A stretch of 38,698 bases of DNA from a virus (Duplodnaviria; Caudoviricetes): the IMG/VR virus record IMGVR_UViG_3300017548_000074, positions 1-38,698 of that record, one strand, 5' to 3'. Shown here piece by piece: positions 1-8,200 of the stretch; position 1 is the stretch's first letter; every line of letters starts with the position of its first letter. The translations under genes and the position numbers were made by a program. The notes beneath the pieces are model-generated. The model ran no database searches. It saw nothing but the letters and a program-made list of their open reading frames with translations, and had not been told where the DNA came from.

Positions 1-44
1 GTGCTGTTTTCGCATGGGCCGGTGCCGGACATGGAGTAGGACGA

Positions 45-740
45 ATGAACCGTTCTCATACCGAGAACCATCTGGTTTCCCGCATCGGCTGGTTGCGTGC
101 CGCCATCTTAGGCGCAAACGACGGGATCGTCTCAACCGCCAGCCTCATCGTCGGCGTGGCGTCAGCTTCTGCGGGGCGATCGGAGATACTTGTGGCCGGG
201 ATCGCCGGTCTCGTCGCTGGCGCGATGTCAATGGCGGCCGGCGAATATGTGTCCGTCAGCTCGCAATCGGACACTGAAAAGGCCGATCTGGAGCGGGAAC
301 GGCTGGAGCTCGAAACCCAGCCGGAGTTCGAACGCGAAGAATTGGCACAGATTTACGTTGCGCGCGGTCTCGATAGCGATCTTGCGCACAAGGTTGCGGA
401 TCAGCTCATGGCAAAGGATGCGCTCGGGGCACATGCACGCGATGAGCTTGGGATCTCCGATGTCATGACGGCAAAGCCTATTCAGGCGGCTTTGACCTCA
501 GCAGCGACATTCTCCGTTGGTGCTATCCTGCCCCTCATCGTCGTATCAATTTCTCCGATATCCATACTCGTGGCGACCGTCTCGATCGCCTCGCTGTTTT
601 TCTTGGCTGCGCTTGGTGCGCTGGGCGCCAGAGCTGGCGGAGCTGACACCACAAAAGCAACGCTTCGCGTGTCCTTCTGGGGTGCGCTCGCCATGGCTCT
701 GACGGCCGCAATAGGTTCTTTGGTCGGCACTGCGGTCTGA
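45..740 (+). CDS. VIT1/CCC1 family Fe/Mn transporter (probably host gene flanking the prophage)
   Basis: N-terminal WLRAAILGANDGIVS and GAMSMAAGEYVSVSSQ motifs, acidic cytoplasmic loop, several transmembrane segments. Confidence 0.93.
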   Translation: MNRSHTENHLVSRIGWLRAAILGANDGIVSTASLIVGVASASAGRSEILVAGIAGLVAGAMSMAAGEYVSVSSQSDTEKADLERERLELETQPEFEREELAQIYVARGLDSDLAHKVADQLMAKDALGAHARDELGISDVMTAKPIQAALTSAATFSVGAILPLIVVSISPISILVATVSIASLFFLAALGALGARAGGADTTKATLRVSFWGALAMALTAAIGSLVGTAV

Positions 741-822
741 GTTCATACACGCCGGCGCTTGACCGGCCTCCATCGTCGCACTTGAATGAATTTATGCCGC
801 CTTCATCGAGGGAGATCGCGGG

Positions 823-1002
823 ATGCTGAGATATCTGGAAGCCTACGCCGGCGTGTTCACGCCCGAGCAGGTCAAGCAGATGCAGGAAGAGATGGACAGG
901 GACAGCGTACCAGGCGAGAGCGAGGAAGATCGCGCCAGACGGGCGGAGAAGATCATCCTTCGCTATCAGACCACCGCGCAGCCTGATCCGAACCAAGCTT
1001 AG
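823..1002 (+). CDS. Small hypothetical protein, 59 aa (MLRYLEAYAGVFTPEQVKQMQEEM...), not in ORF track
   Basis: ATG at 823 preceded by GAGGGAG; open to TAG at 1000-1002; GC3-rich codons. Confidence 0.6.
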   Translation: MLRYLEAYAGVFTPEQVKQMQEEMDRDSVPGESEEDRARRAEKIILRYQTTAQPDPNQA

Positions 1003-1017
1003 GCTTGCCTGAAACGC

Positions 1018-1048
1018 AAAAAGCCCCGCCGGCCAGAGCCAGCGGGGC
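1018..1048 (-). terminator. Intrinsic terminator ending the late/lysis operon
   Basis: On the minus strand GCCCCGCTGGC-TCTG-GCCGGCGGGGC followed by TTTTT, downstream of the last lysis-region gene. Confidence 0.8.
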
Positions 1049-1114
1049 GATGCCTGAGATGCGGCCTGGAGGGTCCGCCGCAACCAGAATATTTCCGGCA
1101 AGAATGAAGGCGGG

Positions 1115-1456
1115 TCAAGGCGGCGGACGGCCGGTAATCCACGTATAGGCACCCAGCGCCCAGCCCGCAGCAGTGACGATCGCAATGCCAAGCCGAATCA
1201 GCCAGCGGCCGAGCGTGCCGGCGCCCTGCGCCTTGGTGCGCAGTGTCGTCACCTCGACCGTCACCTTCTCCATGTCGTCGACCTTTCTCCGAATGGTCGA
1301 CAAGTCTCCCTCCAACCGGGTCGTCTGGGTGGACAAATGATCGAGGCGAGAATGGAGCACTGCACGGCTCTGATCCTGCCGCTCAAGCCGGTCCTCGATC
1401 CCGGAGAGCTTTCCGATCACCGTGCCAAGGGCACGTTCAATGTTGCTGTCTGGCAA
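1115..1456 (-). CDS. Coiled-coil plus C-terminal TM lysis-region protein (DUF1515-like)
   Basis: Heptad-like N-terminus, hydrophobic C-terminal helix, last gene of the lysis cassette. Confidence 0.6.
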   Translation of the reverse strand: MPDSNIERALGTVIGKLSGIEDRLERQDQSRAVLHSRLDHLSTQTTRLEGDLSTIRRKVDDMEKVTVEVTTLRTKAQGAGTLGRWLIRLGIAIVTAAGWALGAYTWITGRPPP

Positions 1457-1471
1457 TGTCCCCGCCCCTTG

Positions 1472-1693
1472 TCATTGCTTCTTCCGGCAGGCCGGCGCGC
1501 GCTGGCATGCACGGTTGTTGCCGGCAGTGTCGGCAAGGAACGGCTGATCGTTCTGCCGCAGCCAGGTCACCGTCGCCGGCGCAGGCGCGGTCTGGACGAA
1601 GCCGGCCCCTTCAACCGCAGGTGCCGTCTGGCAGGAGGCGGTAGCCAAACTCGCGGCACCAGCCAGCATCATCGAGGCGATTGATCTCGGCAT
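1472..1693 (-). CDS. Outer-membrane lipoprotein spanin (o-spanin, Rz1-like); start may be 1672
   Basis: Signal peptide with lipobox-like LATASC, Pro-rich mature part, overlaps the 3' end of the i-spanin in another frame. Confidence 0.7.
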   Translation of the reverse strand: MPRSIASMMLAGAASLATASCQTAPAVEGAGFVQTAPAPATVTWLRQNDQPFLADTAGNNRACQRAPACRKKQ

Positions 1694-1880
1694 CGTCCTT
1701 CATCCTCTTTTCAATCAGATCTCTGGCCCGCTCGATCGCGGCTGAACGCTCGGCCTGCCGACCCGCATTAAACTGCGCGCGGCGGTCGATCTGCCATGCG
1801 GTGAAAGCTGCGAGGCAGGCCGCGACGATCGCCACGGCCTGCCAATAGCGCAGAAACACGCCAAGCACCGCGCCCATCAT
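1611..1880 (-). CDS. Inner-membrane spanin (i-spanin, Rz-like)
   Basis: ATG overlaps the endolysin stop (ATGA); N-terminal TM then helical charged domain with C-terminal Cys pair. Confidence 0.7.
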   Translation of the reverse strand: MMGAVLGVFLRYWQAVAIVAACLAAFTAWQIDRRAQFNAGRQAERSAAIERARDLIEKRMKDDAEINRLDDAGWCREFGYRLLPDGTCG

Positions 1881-2548
1881 TTCCTCCGCAGGAGCATTGC
1901 GGCGATGCCGGCAGCCATCAGCGCTACAGCGATGGCAATGCCCCACCATGGCGCATTGTTCTCCGGAACGACGCCTTCAGGCTCGGCCGGCGCCGGCATC
2001 GGCATCGGCGCTGGTGCCGGCTGCGGAGCCGGAGCAGGCAGCGCAGCGCTGGCCGCGCGCGCACCCTCGATGCACAGCGCCCGTTCCTTCTCACGGCGGT
2101 TCACCAAGCCTTGAATGGTGCGCAGCGGATCGCCGCCCTTGACCCACATCATCATCGCGTCGCACGCGCCTCGCACGTCGCCGGCATTGAGGCGGCGCGC
2201 CATGGTCGAGCCGCAGAAGCCGCCGACGCCGATGTTGTAGGTGACAGAGACAAAGGCGATGTAACTCTTGTCCGGCAGCGCGTCCGGGGCGGCGAGGCAC
2301 TTGCGCATACCCGCTTCGTGCTCAGTCAGCGAGCCGATGAACATGGAATCGCACTGCTCACGCGTGAAGCGCATGCCCTTCTTGATGCCCTCCGTCTCGC
2401 CGTAGCAGGCCGTCCATACACCGACGACATCCTGATAGGCGACGAGCCGCAGGCCCTCCAGTGGCCCTGTGAAACCGACAAGCGCGGTGCCCAACCCGGT
2501 TGCGACCAGCACGCCGCCGGTCCATTTTGCGATACGCGAACCCTTCAT
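1877..2548 (-). CDS. GH24 (T4-type) lysozyme endolysin with SAR-like N-terminus and C-terminal hydrophobic tail
   Basis: Catalytic E-x8-D-x5-T (EGLRLVAYQDVVGVWT), YNIG and GLVNRR motifs; start MKGSRIAKW coupled to the holin stop. Confidence 0.92.
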   Translation of the reverse strand: MKGSRIAKWTGGVLVATGLGTALVGFTGPLEGLRLVAYQDVVGVWTACYGETEGIKKGMRFTREQCDSMFIGSLTEHEAGMRKCLAAPDALPDKSYIAFVSVTYNIGVGGFCGSTMARRLNAGDVRGACDAMMMWVKGGDPLRTIQGLVNRREKERALCIEGARAASAALPAPAPQPAPAPMPMPAPAEPEGVVPENNAPWWGIAIAVALMAAGIAAMLLRRK

Positions 2549-2763
2549 TGCTTTTCTCCCATGTCCTGAAGAATGAGACGGGCGACAAGGCCGCCGACGG
2601 CCGCGAGACCCGAAAGGATGGCGAAGCTGCGTTCCGGGATCGGCAGCAGGCCGTCCATGAACGGCAGCGCCGCGTCGATGAAGATGAAGATGACGGCCAC
2701 GGCCCACAGCCGGACGCTCCAGGCGCGCAGCAGCACGCGCCGCCAGTCAGGCAGCAGTTTCAT
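2545..2763 (-). CDS. Holin (two TM segments)
   Basis: 72 aa, MKLLPDWRRVLLRAWSVR start, two hydrophobic helices, directly upstream of the endolysin. Confidence 0.8.
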   Translation of the reverse strand: MKLLPDWRRVLLRAWSVRLWAVAVIFIFIDAALPFMDGLLPIPERSFAILSGLAAVGGLVARLILQDMGEKQ

Positions 2764-2788
2764 AGGGGTTCTCCCGGATGTGAGGGAT

Positions 2789-2821
2789 GGATTCGACAGT
2801 ATCCCCGATCCGTGCTTTCAT
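2789..2821 (+). promoter_or_regulatory. Putative moron promoter, copy 1 (GGATTCGACAG-N10-CCGTG; -35 TCGACA, extended -10 TGnTTTCAT)
   Basis: Motif repeated with identical spacing at 3184; 17-bp spacer. Confidence 0.55.
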
Positions 2822-2853
2822 GGATGCGGGGAACAAACTCTTGGGGTTAGACG

Positions 2854-3021
2854 ATGGTGCGGGAGAACCTTATTTGTCCGGACTGCAAGGGCACCGGGCG
2901 AGCTCTTTCAGCCAGTGAGCAGAAGCCAAACTGCAAATGTTGCGGCGGCAGCGGTCGCGTAAACTACTTCCTTGCGTCGGCCGAACTAAAGGAGAAACTG
3001 GCGAACCAGTATGCTTCCTAG
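2854..3021 (+). CDS. 55-aa DnaJ-type zinc-finger mini-protein (CPDCKGTG...CKCCGGSG), not in ORF track
   Basis: Translated by hand: MVRENLICPDCKGTGRALSASEQKPNCKCCGGSGRVNYFLASAELKEKLANQYAS; two CxxCxGxG motifs; upstream promoter-like motif. Confidence 0.75.
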   Translation: MVRENLICPDCKGTGRALSASEQKPNCKCCGGSGRVNYFLASAELKEKLANQYAS

Positions 3022-3071
3022 CACTTTCTCGCGGTGCGGAACCTTTCTCAGGGCGCCGTGTTTAATGCGAC

Positions 3072-3175
3072 GACTGGCGTACCTCACCCAGTCAGCATCC
3101 GGTCTCTCCACCGGAGCAGGCGGCCGGCTTCCCTCACTCCACACAACCCCATGGCCGGCCGCCGCTTGCCTCTTT
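3072..3175 (+). ncRNA. Candidate structured sRNA or 3' UTR of tandem hairpins with C/U-rich loops
   Basis: GACTGG-cgtacctcac-CCAGTC; TCCGGT-ctctcc-ACCGGA; GGCGGCCGGC-25 nt C-rich loop-GCCGGCCGCC. Confidence 0.4.
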
Positions 3176-3183
3176 AGTCGCAA

Positions 3184-3216
3184 GGATTCGACAGCCCGTT
3201 AGGGCCGTGGTTCATT
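3184..3216 (+). promoter_or_regulatory. Putative moron promoter, copy 2 (GGATTCGACAG-N10-CCGTG; TGnTTCATT)
   Basis: Same motif and spacing as 2789-2821, directly upstream of the protease gene. Confidence 0.55.
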
Positions 3217-3226
3217 CCCCGCCGGG

Positions 3227-3664
3227 ATGGAGGGGAACATGATCTCTGTAGCGTTTCGCTTGATTGACGGCCTCGGCGGGCCGGCAATGGGTGCCAGAGC
3301 GTTCGTTGCTGCCGACTGCGAGGTCGATTGGCACGACAAAACCACCTCGCGGCTTGTCGCTCTTATCGACACCGGCGCTGGCCGTTCATGGATCGACGCC
3401 GACAGCGCGCCGAGTTGCCCGCCCAACGAGTTCGATATCCCAGCGCGCTCAGCTTTCGGGGGAGCCACCACGCATGTCGGCTATAGCGGCAATGTGATCC
3501 TTGGTAACGGCGTGCTTGCGATCAAAACCAATTTGATTGCCGGCCCTCTCTCCAAGAAGCACATGGGCATCGCCATGCTTATCGGCCTTGATATCCTCTG
3601 CCACGGCCGCCTTGACATTGACTATCCGGGAAGGCGCGTAACCTTTTCCGTACCCCACGGATAG
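3227..3664 (+). CDS. Retropepsin-like (clan AA) aspartyl protease moron; likely start 3239
   Basis: ALIDTGAGRSWID catalytic motif and C-terminal MLIGLDIL psi-loop motif; GGAGGG RBS before ATG 3239; opposite strand to the late genes. Confidence 0.8.
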   Translation: MEGNMISVAFRLIDGLGGPAMGARAFVAADCEVDWHDKTTSRLVALIDTGAGRSWIDADSAPSCPPNEFDIPARSAFGGATTHVGYSGNVILGNGVLAIKTNLIAGPLSKKHMGIAMLIGLDILCHGRLDIDYPGRRVTFSVPHG

Positions 3665-3687
3665 GATGCCGAAGAGAGATGCGAGGT

Positions 3688-4191
3688 TCATGCCGGCCAC
3701 TCGAACGCCGGCAACACGGCAAGCACAGCCTCAACAGTCGGCGGGCTCGCCGGGTTCACGTCCGCAAGCATGGCAGTCGACGCTGTCCAGACCGCCGAGC
3801 GCCAGTTGAACAGCGCCAGCGCCTCGGCGGCATAGGCGGGATTCGGATCGTCGCGATAGCTCACCGCCGTCTGGATGCCGTCATAACCCCGCTCGCGCGC
3901 CTTGGCGTCGAGGTGCTGCTGAATGGCGCTGGAGTACATCGCCTGCATGGCGGCCGGCGAGACGTAGCCCGGCTGAAGCTCCGGCAGAATGTCTGCCCGC
4001 GCCGCCAGCGCCTTTTCGGGCGTGTCGACATCGGCCTTGAATGTGATGACATCGACCGTCTCCTCCACCATCGCCGGCACCGTCTCACCGTCGTCGTTGG
4101 TGGCCGTGCCGGGAACTGTCCTGAAGAACAGCCACTGGTTGAAATCAGCGTCGGTTCGACGCGCCTGGATAGCCGAGGCCATGATCACCAT
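3688..4191 (-). CDS. Tail fibre assembly/chaperone-like protein
   Basis: C-terminal IQQHLDAKARERGYDGIQTAVSY...WRSAVW...PAFEWP typical of fibre-associated chaperones; follows the fibre gene. Confidence 0.65.
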   Translation of the reverse strand: MVIMASAIQARRTDADFNQWLFFRTVPGTATNDDGETVPAMVEETVDVITFKADVDTPEKALAARADILPELQPGYVSPAAMQAMYSSAIQQHLDAKARERGYDGIQTAVSYRDDPNPAYAAEALALFNWRSAVWTASTAMLADVNPASPPTVEAVLAVLPAFEWPA

Positions 4192-5033
4192 CCCTGCTTG
4201 AGGACATAGAAGTAGAACGGTCCGACCGCAGAGCCGAGCCTGTTTTCCACGTAGAGGTTGTTCGGCGTAGATGCGCCGACACCGAAGTTGAGCGCGCCGT
4301 CCGCTCCGGTCGTGCCCGTCAGCGCAGTGCCGTAGACGTTCACCGTCGAGGACCCCTGCGCGACTTTCAGGACGCTATTGGAGCCGGTATGTGTGCGCGC
4401 CGCGAGAATTGCGCTGTGGTTCGGGACGTTGGTTGTGACGAGCACGTACGCCGCCTCGACGCCGCTTCCGAGATTGATTGTGACAGCAGCATCGTCCGCG
4501 ATGACGCCGACATTGAAGGCAATACCGGCATTCGTCAGAAACGCCCCCTTGGTCGCCGCCTTGAACGCCTCGCGGCCTACTGCCCCGCCGCCGAGCGTGG
4601 TGAGCATCGTATCGAACGATCCGTCATCGAGAAGCTGGCGCGCCTGGGGGGTGAGATCGGCAAGCGACAATGCTCCCGCACCGGAGAACCAGGGCAGCTT
4701 GTTCGCCTGGCCGGAGAGCCCGCCGAAGGCGGTCAGGTTGGGAACCAGCACCTGCATGAGGTCGGCGCTGGCGGCGACCATGCGGTCGGCATCGGAAACG
4801 CGCAGTATCTCGTAGGGAAGATTGGCCCTGTTCGCACCCGGCCAGCCCTCCGCCAATATGAGCTGTGTGTTGCTCGTCACGCTCTGGATGCTGACCGACA
4901 GGCCGGCGGCCTTGAACTGATCGCCGGCGCGCAGTCCAGCGGTCAACCAGTTCGTACCCTGGCCGTTGACGGTCTGGATGCCATTGCTCGGCGATGCCGT
5001 GCCAGCCTTGTAGATCGGGGTCCAGTCAGCCAT
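4185..5033 (-). CDS. Side tail fibre / receptor-binding protein
   Basis: YKAGT...VNGQGTNW N-terminal attachment motif, ANKLPWFSGAG...LADLTPQARQLLDD fibre motif, beta-rich C-terminus. Confidence 0.75.
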   Translation of the reverse strand: MADWTPIYKAGTASPSNGIQTVNGQGTNWLTAGLRAGDQFKAAGLSVSIQSVTSNTQLILAEGWPGANRANLPYEILRVSDADRMVAASADLMQVLVPNLTAFGGLSGQANKLPWFSGAGALSLADLTPQARQLLDDGSFDTMLTTLGGGAVGREAFKAATKGAFLTNAGIAFNVGVIADDAAVTINLGSGVEAAYVLVTTNVPNHSAILAARTHTGSNSVLKVAQGSSTVNVYGTALTGTTGADGALNFGVGASTPNNLYVENRLGSAVGPFYFYVLKQGW

Positions 5034-5271
5034 TGACCTCGCCCTCCGCAGGCGCGGTCGTCGCGGCGATCTGGGCGCGCAGCGTCTCGTTCTCGGCCTG
5101 GAGCGTCTGCACCTGATCCATCAGGTCGATGACGGTCAGCTCCAGCCGGTCGCGCTGGAGCTTGTAGTAGGAGGCCGTCTTCTTCTCCAGCGACAGGACT
5201 GCTGGCGCGGCTGTGGGCGCCGTGTCCTCAGCGGCGGGTGCCTCAATGCTCTTCTGCTTGGGTGGCATCAT
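5026..5271 (-). CDS. Small coiled-coil tail-region protein
   Basis: AAGGAGA RBS before MMPPKQK; coiled-coil core. Confidence 0.6.
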   Translation of the reverse strand: MMPPKQKSIEAPAAEDTAPTAAPAVLSLEKKTASYYKLQRDRLELTVIDLMDQVQTLQAENETLRAQIAATTAPAEGEVNG

Positions 5272-5278
5272 GTTCTCC

Positions 5279-8200
5279 TTAGAGTTGATTGACCGTCGCG
5301 ACAGCCTTGACGCGGAAGTTGTGCGTCGTGTTGGTGATGTTCTGGCGGGCCTGAAGAAGGTATGTTGCGGGTCCCGTCTGCGGCGCCACGTCGGCAAAGC
5401 CACCCGCCACGCTGCGATAACCACCTGGCGACAGGTCCGGGAGGTTGCCCATGAAGTCGAACGTCAGGTCGTCCGACCGGACCAGACGCATGTTGGCGGT
5501 TCCGCTGCCGCCGGCGCTGATCGTCTGATAGCCGGAAAGGAATATCAGCGGCGGGTGACCGGACCTGTTGTTGAGCGTCAGGCTGACGATCGTCGTCCAT
5601 GTGCCATTGTTCGGCACCGTCACGAAGTCCGGCGGGTTTGGCGGAACGATGTTGCCGATATTGGTCGCGGAACCGTAGGCCTGATCGGCGCCGCTGCCCT
5701 GCTCGATGTTGATGCGCCGGACAACGAGGTTCTCGACGTCAAGGTCGGCGACGCTGAGATTGCCGATGACCGCTTCCTCGATCTCGGCCCAGCCGATGAC
5801 CGCGTTGAGGATGTGTGCCCACTCCACGCGCAATTCATGGGTCCGCAGAACTCCATCTTCGAAGATGAAGGGATATCTGCGCGCGCCTTCCGGACCATCG
5901 GCAATGCCGAAGAAGTCGGCTAGCATGGCGATCCGGCTCTTGCCGCCGGTCAGCGCCGACAGGAACATTGCCGCCTGTGAGGTGGCGGCGCCGTCCGACG
6001 CGGCGGCCGAGATGCCCACCGTGGAGAGCGCGCCGGCCTCCGTCGCCACTTGCTCGGCACGGAACATGCCGCTTGCCGAAAACCGCCCCACCTCCGCGGT
6101 CATGTCGAGCCGCCATTCCGTCAGCGCCTCGATGCCGTCCTCCGTCTCCTCGATCCGGCCGGCGAGCAGGTTGGTGATGTCGATCGACGCCTTGTCCTCA
6201 AGCTCCAGCTCGAAGGCGGTCAAGTCCTGCGCCAGCAGGGTGATGCTGTTCTCGGTCTCCACGATGCGGCCGAGCAGCGCATTGGTGATGCCGAGCGTGG
6301 CGTAGCCAGACAGGCTCAGGTTGATCTGGTTGACCAACTGGCCGACCACCGACACCTGACCATCGGTGATGTCGATCCGGTTGGTCAGGCTCTGCCGCAC
6401 GTCGGCGACGATATCCGCGAGCTGGTTCTGCGCGCGCCGCGAGCCGATGAAGAGGTCGCCCGCCTGCACGGCCTGGCGGTTGACGGTTTGCCGCAACTGC
6501 CGCACGGCCTCGGCCAGCATCCGGATCGTCTCGCCGCCGCCCATCTCCTCGATCTGGGCACGCAGGTCGTCGGTGATGCCGATCGACGCCTTCTCGTCCA
6601 GCTCCAGGCCGATGTCGATGACCGACTGCCCGAGGATGTCGATCTCGTCGCCCTGCGCGTTGAGCTGCACCAGCATGGCCGACTGCGCGGCACCCATCGC
6701 GTCGAGGTCGTCGCCGATGTTCTGCATCTCGGCCTGCACGCCCTGGATGAGCGAGGCCATGGCGGAATCGGCCGTCGAACGGGCCTGCCGCTCGTTGAAG
6801 AGAAGACCGCCGCTCAGCGTCTCCAGCGTCAGGCCATCCGGATCGGGCTGGCCGACCAGCACCGTCGACAACGTCTCTCGCGCCGTTGCTTCCGCGAGAT
6901 CAGCCGAGGCGAGCGCCGACTGGATCGCCGCAAGCTGCGCTTGGCTGGCGCCGGGCGACGGCCGGCCGATATAGGTCCAGTTCAGCTCGAAATAGTTGCC
7001 TGCATCCTGCACCGACGACAGGTCGATCCGAATTTGGTCGATGGTGCCGGTCCACGTCATGTTGACGGTGAGCACCGCCTGACCCTGACCGTCATAGGTC
7101 GGCTCGGCTACCGTGATGCTTTTTCCGCCGACCCATCCGGGCGCGTCGCCGGGGTTGCGCCAGAAGAAGACGCCTTCCCATGTCGGCGAACCCGTCTTAC
7201 GGATGTAGACCTTGATCTGCTTGTAGAGCCCGCCATTGACGGCGAGACCGGTCGGCGAGACGACGAACGGATTGGTCGCGTGATTTGCCGGCCGCAGCCA
7301 GCCGCCGGTCGCCACTGGCGTGCCGTTGCCGCTCCAGCCCAGCACATCGTCGTCCCAGCTCCACTGCTTCAGCCAGTCGAACAGCACGCCGACGCCGGCC
7401 GAGATCAGGTCGATGGCCTGCGCCAGCGCCTGCGTCTCGCTGATCCAAGCCTGCCGGTCCTGAAACAGCAGACCCTCGGTGAGCTGCGTGACATCGTTGC
7501 CGGTATAGTGGCCGACCAGCTGGATGCGCAGCGCCTGGCGCGCGGTGCTCTCGTCGCCGATAGCGTCGAGCAGCACGGTCTGCACACTCTCGATCGCGCC
7601 CTGAAGGTTGATGCGGTCGGCATCGACCTCCGCCTCCAGCAGCGAGAAGCGTTCGGCCAGCGCCGAGCCGGGTCCGACCGCCAGCGTGATCTGGTCGAGC
7701 GCGAAGGCGCGCAGCCCGTTCGCCGTGGCCGTGGCCTCCTGCCGCAGCACGACGCGCTCGCGCGCTGAAGCGACGATCAGGTCGGACGTCCGCAGCGCCT
7801 GCCGGGCAACCGTCTCGCGCAGGTCGCGCGACCACTGCGCCAGATCGCCGGTCGACGACAGCCGCGCATCGCGCTCGGTCGCCACGCGATCATCGATCCG
7901 CTCGATGATCGGCAGCAGCGGGCTGTCAGGATTGTTCAGCCAGTCCAGCTGCTCGCGGACATATTCCTCGAACTCCTCACGCTGCCCAGGCAGGTAAACG
8001 TCTTCGTCGGTCAGCCGAACGTTCGGCGTGGTGACCGCCACCCAATCGGACGGCTCCACGACGCGCGCGGTGCGCGCCACATAGGTTCCGCGCACGAAGT
8101 ATGCCGTCGCGGGAAGCAGCTCGACCGTGTGAAGCAACAGCGAGTACAGCGTATCCTCGGGCGCCTGATACGGGATGTCGATCGTCGCCTCGGCCTCGCC

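Noticed and set aside
1000-1007. TAGGCTTG shared with 38607-38614 as an alternative att core
   Set aside because: Only 8 bp, expected by chance; weaker than the 10-bp candidate.
1637-1644. Exact ops core GGCGGTAG
   Set aside because: On the plus strand within the spanin genes, opposite to late transcription and with no promoter context; likely chance.
2986-3202. 65-aa and 63-aa ORFs across the moron spacer
   Set aside because: No RBS or motifs; the region is better explained by the hairpin array and second promoter.
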